This document shows, in pieces, positions 55,511 to 64,000 of a DNA stretch of 64,000 bases. Position numbers and translations under genes: made by a program. The notes beneath the pieces were generated by a model. The model was given only the letters and a program-made list of their open reading frames with translations, did not search any database and was not told the origin of the DNA. Source of the stretch: Octopus sinensis (lineage: Eukaryota); assembly GCF_006345805.1 (NCBI RefSeq), contig NW_021836163.1, forward strand, positions 1 through 64,000, given 5' to 3'. Each line of letters opens with the position of its first letter. Within the stretch, counting starts at the first letter, position 1.

Positions 55511-55874
55511 TGAGGGTACTACTATTCGTAGATACCGCACGCTAAGAGGGACCAATGCGGTCAAAACTACTAAAATAAACAAAATTTTACCGAATGCAAA
55601 ACTTCAAAGCAAATCATTTAAAAAAGAATTTAGTTACATATCACATGTGATTTCGCAATTAATGCAGAATATGCATTCCATGTCCATGAACATGGAATGC
55701 ATATTCTGCATTAATTGCGAAATCATAGGTGATATGTAACTAAATTCTTTTTTTAAATGATTTGCTTTGAAGTTTTGCATTCGGTAAAATTTTGTTTATT
55801 TTAGTAGTTTTGACCGCATTGGTCCCTCTTTATCATGTGGTATCTACGAATAGTAGTACCCTCAATATAATATA
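55500..55874. repeat. Near-perfect ~375-bp spacer-less palindrome within (TA)n
   Basis: Arms TATATTATATTGAGGGTACTACTATTCGTAGATACC... / ...GGTATCTACGAATAGTAGTACCCTCAATATAATATA; centre at 55686/55687. Confidence 0.95.
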
Positions 55875-55975
55875 AATAAATATTTTCAAAGAGGAAAAAT
55901 TTACGGATTTTTTCTCTTACGAGGTTTTTCACGCTAACTACGGATAATTTCTCTTAAAGATTTTATCCTCAATTG

Positions 55976-56020
<45 letters not shown>

Positions 56021-56503
56021 GCAAATACTGATAGGGCACAGAAAGTGTGTCTATAGCCAGCTGGAGGAGGTGTCTTCCTGGGGCTACAAACTACAGTAGC
56101 ATCCACCCTTAGGGGTTAGCCATATTCAAATGGCAAATATACGTCACGATGTGTTGCTGCTACTGTTTATAACTCGCTCTGAGATTTATCATTGTTTGAT
56201 TTCACTTTTTCAATATCAGTGTCAATCGATACTAGAAAAGGTATCTGTATTTGTGAAGGGAACCAAATTCTCATCGACAACTATGATTGTCACACGCCGA
56301 TGACGGGTCAATACCCTGAAACTCGAGTCCGTGTGTATCATAAGTTGAAGACGGGAAGGATAGCTTCCCTTCGCAAATACTGATAGGGCACAGAAAGTGT
56401 GTCTATAGCCAGCTGGAGGAGGTGTCCTCCTGGGGGCTACAAACTACAGTAGAATCCACCCTTAGGGGTTAGCCATATTCAAATGGCAAATATACGTCAC
56501 GAT
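56021..56503 (+). mobile_element. Retrozyme-like / PLE pseudo-LTR partial tandem (352-bp period) containing a hammerhead
   Basis: 130-bp direct repeats 56021-56150 and 56373-56503; (TA)n flanks. Confidence 0.75.
56291..56335 (+). ncRNA. Hammerhead ribozyme motif, CCGAUGA variant
   Basis: CACACG-CCGATGA-cGGGTcaatACCCt-GAAAC-TCGA-GTC-CGTGTG. Confidence 0.75.
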
Positions 56504-57635
56504 ATATATATATGTATGTATATATATATATATCGACCTTACATACTTAACGCCGAAGCCCCGTGTATTTGCCGGTTGGCTGCTGTGACTTGGCGTGATA
56601 CACATGGCATATGCTTTACTTATACGTAGTCGATAATGTTTATTACACTAACGCTGCTTCTAATTAATATTTGAATACACACGCACACACACACACATGC
56701 ACACACACACACACACATGCACACACACACATGCACACACACACACATGCACACACACACACGCACACACACACACCCACCCATATATATATAAAGTTAT
56801 AGAATAATTAAGCTGGCTAGACACAATTCAAACCAAAAGCGAAACAACTCACCGCCACTAAACAGTGACGAACGGTGCAGAGAACACCAGCATTGCTAGA
56901 AACAACTGTCAAAAGACTCTTTAGCCACAGAAAACCCATTTTCCATTTACTGACAGGGGAGACAACCTCCCTTACACAATTGAGTGGCATTAGATTGGCA
57001 TGCTAATGTCGCATGAAGTTTGATGCTTATCTATAATGCTTACTCGATAGGGGGTGGTGAAGTTAAATTCTACCCCGTCAGTATTTATAGATTCCACTAC
57101 AGGAATCAGTAGCTGATTCTGCAAAATGGTAAATGTGAAAAAAAAAAAAAAAATTAAGGTGACTAGACATATTTTGAGGTTTTCCTTTAATTTTTTACAC
57201 TGACGAGAATGGTAATACATAACTATTTAATTGTTATTATAATTAATGTCTTTTTCTTACATGTTTGTATTGCTATTTGAAACGGTCGTAAGTGGAAATT
57301 AAATTCTAATTCGAACTTTTAACATCTTCTCTTCTCCATTTTTCTAATTGTTAGTTGTGTTTTTTTTATAAGATTTTATCTTAGACATGCCGATAATAAA
57401 CTTTTTACTTATATTTATATTCATATATTAATCGAAGTGTATAGTATTATATATCCATTACGGCCGATCATACTGAACAGTTTCGCACTAAGGGTTCAGC
57501 GGAGCGTTAGGTAACAGTCCGATTATGCAATCTTGCGCTCTTCAGAGATGGCATTATGGAATTCATACATACATATATAGGTATATATATAGGCATAGAA
57601 ATATGTACTGTGTGTAATATGCATATATAACTACA

Positions 57636-58084
57636 CAGTAATCCATCGACTATCGCGGGTGTTATGTTCCAAAATCTCTCGCGCTACGTGAAAATCCGCG
57701 CAGTAGGAACAATACTGTATAGTTTTTATTATTTTTATAATTTGTCTATATTTATTTTATAATAATTGCAAAACAACACCGCATACTCGCCTTCCGGGTT
57801 TCGTTTTCCATACAGTATGCGCGATTCTTTGTCTGCTCATCTCCGGATATATTTCCTTATAATATACTTAATGTGTTATACAGCGCGGTACTGTACTGTA
57901 TTTTTATCAATTAATTTATTAATTTTTAGGCGTGAAAATCTTATTTTACCACAGAAATAATTAAAATCTAAAAAAAAAAAAAAAGAAAAATGAATAATTT
58001 ACAGGCCGCAGAAACCCACAATATTACCTGTGTTAGCCAGAAAAATTTGCGACAGGTGAACCACAATATAGCGAGTGATTACTG
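57636..58084. mobile_element. pogo/Tigger-like MITE
   Basis: TIRs CAGTAATCCATCGACTATCGCGG / CCACAATATAGCGAGTGATTACTG|TA. Confidence 0.7.
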
Positions 58085-58337
58085 TATACACTTATAAAGG
58101 TGAACACATACACACACATATATATCGTTAAGTACATGAATAACTATAGGCACATGTACGTACACAGACGCACACTCACATATATTATTAGACATATGCT
58201 TGAATTACACTAACGTACACTCACGCATGCGCATATAAAATACACACACGCACACGCATAGGAAAATGTATACGGGCAAATGCACTCACTCATACAGGTA
58301 CAAACATACAGGCATAGAATATGTATTATTAGATGTA

Positions 58338-58830
58338 CGCTTAAATTAAATTAAAGGTTGAAACAGCTAAGACTCTACTCTCTGGAGAGAAGACGGAAGA
58401 GGTATGCAGTAATATATATCTGGAAGATCCTGGAAGGAATTGTGCCAAATTTTGGCATTGAAAGCTACACCAATGCCAGAATGGGACGACACTGCATAGT
58501 GCTAAAGATCCCAGCAATGCCATCACGCTTCAGGACCAGTTACTGCAATAGCCTGGCTTTCAAGGGCCCACAGCTTTTTAATATTCTCCCAAAGAGTCTG
58601 AGGAGCTTTCACAAAGTAGATGTAGGGTTTTTTAAATCAAAGCTGGACATCTTCCTGTCGAGAGTCCCAGATGAAACTACCTCACGGCAAGAGGTACAAA
58701 TGAGAGTAGCTGTATCAAACTCCTTTCTTCACCAAGTGCCACATATTAGAGGAGGCTCTTAGTAATAACAGTGTAGCACAAAACGGCTGTGCATCAGCAT
58801 GGCCGCAGCTCTGAGCTGAAACTAGAAAAA
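58338..58830 (+). mobile_element. CR1/L2-like LINE 3' fragment
   Basis: LKQLRLYSLERRRKRYAVIYIWKILEG...GPQLFNILPK...FKSKLDIFLSRVPDE; tail CAGCATGGCCGCAGCTCTGAGCTGAAACT. Confidence 0.85.
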
Positions 58831-59434
58831 AAATATGCACAGACTCACACGCACGTACACAGACTCATATGTACATACTCACATATGGACGCATACTCAC
58901 ATGTGCTCATACTTACACACATATGTGTTCTCGGGCTCTTTTGCACTTGGTTTGAATGAATGCAGACGACTATTTTTTCTTCACAACTAATTTTCTTAAC
59001 GAAACTTAAAAAATAAAATTGAACGAAAACTCAAACAATGATGTGGTTAGTCTAGTTTGCAATTCTTCAATCTCCCAATTCTATTAAGGTTTCCATAAGA
59101 TACCCTGAATTCAATTTTAGATTTTAAATTTGCTTTGTAGAATTACATTTGTGCATTTCTGGAAATTCAGGTGAGATGAAGTTATGTTTTCATAAAAGAT
59201 AAAGAAGTGAATATCGTCTGCAGCCGAGGATCTTAACCCTGCTAAGAAACAAGTTCATCACGTGCGAAAATGTTCGCAGCCGGATTAAGTGGGGTTAAGC
59301 CTTACTGAGAACTACAGTCTCAGGATGAACTTAAGTAAATACTTTACATCAAACAGAGAATCGTAGTCCCAAGCGGGGTGGGGGGATAAAACCAGCAAAG
59401 ATGAGAATAAACCCAGCAAAGATGAGCATATATA

Positions 59435-59666
59435 AAGTAGTCCCTCGACTATCGCGGGTGTTCCGTTCCAAACCCCCACCACCCTGCGACAGGTGAAAAC
59501 CCGCGAAGTAGAAACAGTACTGTGTATTTTATTATTATTATTTTTATAATTTGTATATATTTTATTATAACACCACGGAGGAATCGACTTAAATAATAAA
59601 CCGCGATAGGTGAACCGCGATAGGTGAACCGCGATAGGTGAACCGCGATATGGCGAAGGATTACAG
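59435..59666. mobile_element. pogo/Tigger-like MITE, short relative of 57636-58084, with 14-bp subterminal tandem repeats
   Basis: GTAGTCCCTCGACTATCGCGGG ... (AACCGCGATAGGTG)x3 ... GCGAAGGATTACAG|TA. Confidence 0.7.
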
Positions 59667-60082
59667 TATACGTTTGATAATCGTGAGTTCGATTTCCAGC
59701 GGCGCCTTGTGTCCTTAAGTAAGTCACTTTATTCCCCGTTGCTCTTGCCGACTCGGCTGGCAAAATGAATTGTCCTTGTAATTGAAACGGTCAGCCATGT
59801 CACATTCTGTGTTATGCTGAAGCTTCTCAAGAACTACGTTGACGGTCTGTCCACTTTTCAGCCACTTGCTCCTTAATTCCACGTGCAGGTTGTTTAGTTG
59901 ATCGAATGCACATGCGTGAAAATTTTCGCGTTTCCATATCGCGCCAGTTTCCGGCTGTTACGCTTAGTGTACGGACGTGTAGTGAGCGCTTGGCGAATTT
60001 ATATTCTTTTTTAGTGAATCGACATCTTTTAAGTTATATATATTTTGCGAGTGCATGCATCTATCTATCTATCTATCTATCA

Positions 60083-60172
<90 letters not shown>

Positions 60173-60173
60173 A

Positions 60174-60208
<35 letters not shown>

Positions 60209-60405
60209 AGATATATAGATAGACATGTATGCATATATCTAGCACTGAAAATCATTTTGATGAGCGTTTTAGCTGTATTTCTAGTTTAAAATGAATTCCT
60301 GATGCACTTTGAGAAATAATTATATATATATATGTATGTGGGTCGATTTGCTCGACTAGAGGCGGTGCTCCAGCATGGCCGCAGTCAAATGACTGAAACA
60401 AGTAT

Positions 60406-60441
<36 letters not shown>

Positions 60442-61566
60442 CATATATATATGCATATATGTATTTATATATAATCATAAACATGCACACATCCATATGT
60501 ATATATATATACATATATATACGTATATATGTAATTTATGCATATACACATACGTTTATTATCTATATATATGTCTATATGTATATGTATGTGCATGTAT
60601 ATACACGCGTGCTCCCACGCTCACGCACACTTACACATTCCTCCTATATTTACTTACACATTCCTCCTATATTTACACATTCCTCCTATATTTACATTTA
60701 TATTACAGTGACAGTCTCATAAGGTAATCGTTATTCATTCTAACGCCTTAATGTCTGCCAACTTTGCAGCTGCGCCCCAATGTGAATCGCCATTATCAAA
60801 CGATGCTAACCTAAGCGGATTCTTCAAGTGGTTTAATGGCGGCTAACGATCAACCGAGCGTCCGTTAGAGCGCTGTTCACTATTTCGCCAACGCTCAGCC
60901 CGTAGATATTTATTTTCAAACATCTCCGACGTGTTTCTGTGTGTGTGTTTGTGTGCGCATGCGTGTGAGCGTGAGCTCTATTGTCTCTTTTCTTTCGTAA
61001 GTTCGCTGGAATAAATCATAGGCTGTAATTAGAGGAGACTTTTACTAGTCGATGCTGCTCGCACGCCAGCACGCATGCACGCGCTCACACAGATGGCCGT
61101 GCGCCATTTTACGTCAATAGGGTAATTGGTTCGTCTGAGGTGTTTCTATGAACACGAGAGCTGAAACCACTCATCTGTCTTACCAGTGTGTGCGTATGCA
61201 TGTGTGTGCGTGCGTGTGTATGTGTGTGCGTGTGTGTGCATCTGTATGTATGCGTGCGCGTGTAAGACAGCAATGCTTTCCTCATGGAATTCGTTCATCA
61301 ACATTTATTGTAAAATCAAATCTGTGTAGGTGGGGTTGATGTCCGTATGAGTGTATATGGTAATGTATAAGTGTACGTATGTGCGTGGGAAAGGTGAGAG
61401 TAAAGACGGAGATGGGAGACGGAGTGGTAGCATTAGAGATCGCGAGCGCATTAGAGAGGCACATGAGGGGAGATAATGTGAAAAATGAAATCATCCGTAT
61501 ATATACACACACACACATATATAATAATAACAATAACAAATAACAACAATAAAAAAAAAAATAATT

Positions 61567-62124
61567 GCCCTGATACAGTATCAGGCAGTGGCTCTCGTGG
61601 CTTCTGATCTTAACTGATTGGAAGTGTTATCATGTACATTGTTTTGTCTTGGTATAAAAAGATGGGCTACAACAAATATTCTGCTCAATACTACAGATTT
61701 GCTTGTCAGTTGTTTGACTTTAACCAGTTGAGCATGTCCCTTAGTGGCTGACGATATGTGCATCTCTGATCACGAGCAGAAGTAGTGGGAGAGCATCATA
61801 GCCATGTGTTGAGAGGAATTCTTGGGGGTTTGAATAATTCACCTCTGGAAAAATGGATGTTTCGTTCAACATCTTTAAACAACCATTAATATTCAAGGAC
61901 CATTTGAGCAGGATGAGCTACTCGACTTGAATAGATTTCTAACTGGGCGCCACCGTCAAGGTGATGCGCTGTTTATCTTGATATGAGATCACCATGTCGC
62001 GCACATATGGTTGTGATGCATGTGCCTGGTGTACCATTATCAAACGGGCGGTCATGATGGGTATATTGGGCTTCGTATATTTGACCCCAGTGTCACTTTG
62101 ATGGCATGCATTGCTCTCTCACTC
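61567..62124 (+). mobile_element. 552-bp element, copy 9 (more diverged)
   Basis: Same termini; AAT-rich flanks. Confidence 0.88.
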
Positions 62125-62154
62125 AATAATAATAATAATAATAATAATAATAAT

Positions 62155-62833
62155 TACATAAACTACAGAATAAACAACACAGTAGAAAGTGATAAGTGAA
62201 GAATCTGTGGACAAAACGGTGAAACCGTATGGCATATTACCAGCCATTAGCCCAGAAGGAATATAAGAGACGCCACTACAATATAGCCAGGCTTGTCCAT
62301 TTGACACTTTGCAACAGGTATGGACTTGACAGAGCAAAAACTTGGTACGACCACAAACCTGAAGGCATCGTCGAAAATAGAAATGCAAAGATCCTATGGG
62401 ATTTTATGATTCAGTGCGACCATGAGATAGAGGATAGGAAGCCGGACATAGTGTTAATTGAGAAAGAAAACAAACTATGCTGGATCATAGATATAGCATG
62501 CCCAGCTGACAACAAGATATGCGATAAGGAAGAAAGAAGAGTCGAGAGATATGACAGGTTAGCTTAGGAAGTTAAGCAGTTGTGGTCGATGAAAAAGGTG
62601 GTGGTAGTACCAATAATTATCGGAGCCCTGGGAACAGTGAGTAAAAATCTTGAGAAGTACGTGGAACAAATAGGGGCTGCAATAAGGGTGGAGCACTTCC
62701 AGAAAACATCACTGCTTGGAACCGTTTGAATACTTCGGAAGGTGCTCGAAAAATAAGAGGTGTTACTTTAGTTCATTGGTAGTGAACAGCTCACACTGTA
62801 GTACATCTCCAGCGTTAGAAGCTGTGCAAAGGC
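62155..62833 (+). mobile_element. R4/Dong-like retrotransposon, family D, 3' fragment
   Basis: LAQKEYKRRH, KILWDFMIQCDHEIEDRKPDIVLIEK..IIDIACP, PIIIGALG; preceded by (AAT)n, followed by (GAT)n(AAT)n. Confidence 0.9.
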
Positions 62834-62920
<87 letters not shown>

Positions 62921-62921
<1 letters not shown>

Positions 62922-63000
62922 TGCAGTTCCAGAAAGTGGCTCTCATGTCTTCTGATCTTAACTGACTGGAAGTATTATGTACATTGTTTTGTCTTGGTAT
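62921..63000 (+). mobile_element. 552-bp element, 80-bp terminal fragment (copy 10)
   Basis: ATGCAGTTCCAGAAAGTGGCTCTCATGTCTTCTGATCTTAACTG directly after (AAT)n. Confidence 0.75.
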
Positions 63001-63025
63001 GAAATTTAACTAAAATAACCGTCTA

Positions 63026-64000
63026 TGTAACATACGTAACGTATATATACTGATATGGAGGTCAATTCGGAAACAGTGCTATGACCTACTTTTGCTGGTT
63101 TGTAGTCTTGAAGTCTGGGATATAAAGTTATTGCCTTTTGTTCTGCCAATTCCTGAAAGGATTAACGAGCTTCGAAGAGACCTCTGCCCTTTTTCCGGTC
63201 AAAGAAGGGTCGAGGAAGCTACCCTTTAAAAAGCGGGAGCTGGGAGTTTGTTAAACAGTTCGGCCGGAGACAGGGAATTGGTAACAGGGCAGTTTAGAAG
63301 TTCTGCCTGAGACAGCAAAAGAGGCCGGAGGAGGCGGTCAGCTGGCAAGAAACAGACTGGGAATGTGAAAGACAGACAAGCGAGAGGAATGACAGCGTGG
63401 AGGAAGACAGGCAGATAGGATTAAGAAGAGCGAGAGGCAACGACAACGTTGAGAAAGACATACACAGAGGATTGAGGAGGTGAGGGAGATTACGGCGTGA
63501 AGGCATTGACTATTGTAGTAGGAGCTCGTAACGGTATGTTTGTTTATGTTTTGATGTGTTAAAGAAGGAAAAAAAAGAATTGTTGAAATGTAAAAGATTG
63601 ATGTGAAAAAAGGAGGAAGAAGTACTGAATTAAAGAAATGAGGTTATAAAGAACATTGTGAATTGTGTTACAGAGTTGTTGAAAAAGAAAGAGAAAGACT
63701 CTAATGTAGAACATTGAACTCTGAACTATATTGCATCAATTTGAACTGTATCGTTAATGTGAACATTATTTGTTTTAATTTGATCTGAACTGTTGTCTCC
63801 GGACTGTATATTGTACCTGCATGCTTTGATCTTGTTAATTTTGTTGCATGTTATTTTCTTTGATGTACCTGATGTATTTTACACTGTATCTGATGTCGTA
63901 TTTGTCATAAACTGTTGTTAAACGTAAGCCAACTGCCTTCCGCCGTGTCTCTCTGTATCTCTTCCTGCTGTTGTTTGTTGTTGTTCTCTCCGGTCGCCGG
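63026..64000. mobile_element. Possible LTR (Gypsy-like) running off the window
   Basis: Starts TGTAAC, TATAAA box, purine-rich ~50-bp tandem block, no ORF; partner LTR/PBS not visible. Confidence 0.3.

Noticed and set aside
59233-59297. Mini piggyBac-like element TTAACCC...GGGGTTAA
   Set aside because: Only ~65 bp with a short imperfect inverted repeat and no second copy in the window

Overview
AT-rich eukaryotic non-coding DNA, most likely cephalopod/Octopus (inferred from microsatellite load and SINE/LINE types, not verified). No host protein-coding exon, rRNA, tRNA or CRISPR is supportable, and most long ORFs in the track are microsatellite translations. The window is a mosaic of transposable elements: at least four lineages of R4/Dong-like RLE non-LTR retrotransposons inserted in (AAT)n; a ~552-bp non-coding element (10 copies) also tied to (AAT)n in fixed polarity; Penelope-like (PLE) RT/GIY-YIG remnants; about eight hammerhead-ribozyme motifs in fold-back and tandem mini-elements; mariner relics and long-TIR MITEs; Helitron-like, pogo-like and piggyBac-like non-autonomous elements; CR1/L2, RTE and HERO-like fragments; and two tRNA-derived SINE groups. 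The best candidate for an undescribed system is the (AAT)n niche shared by Dong LINEs and the structured 552-bp element, which builds a 6.7-kb head-to-tail array at 47.8-54.5 kb.
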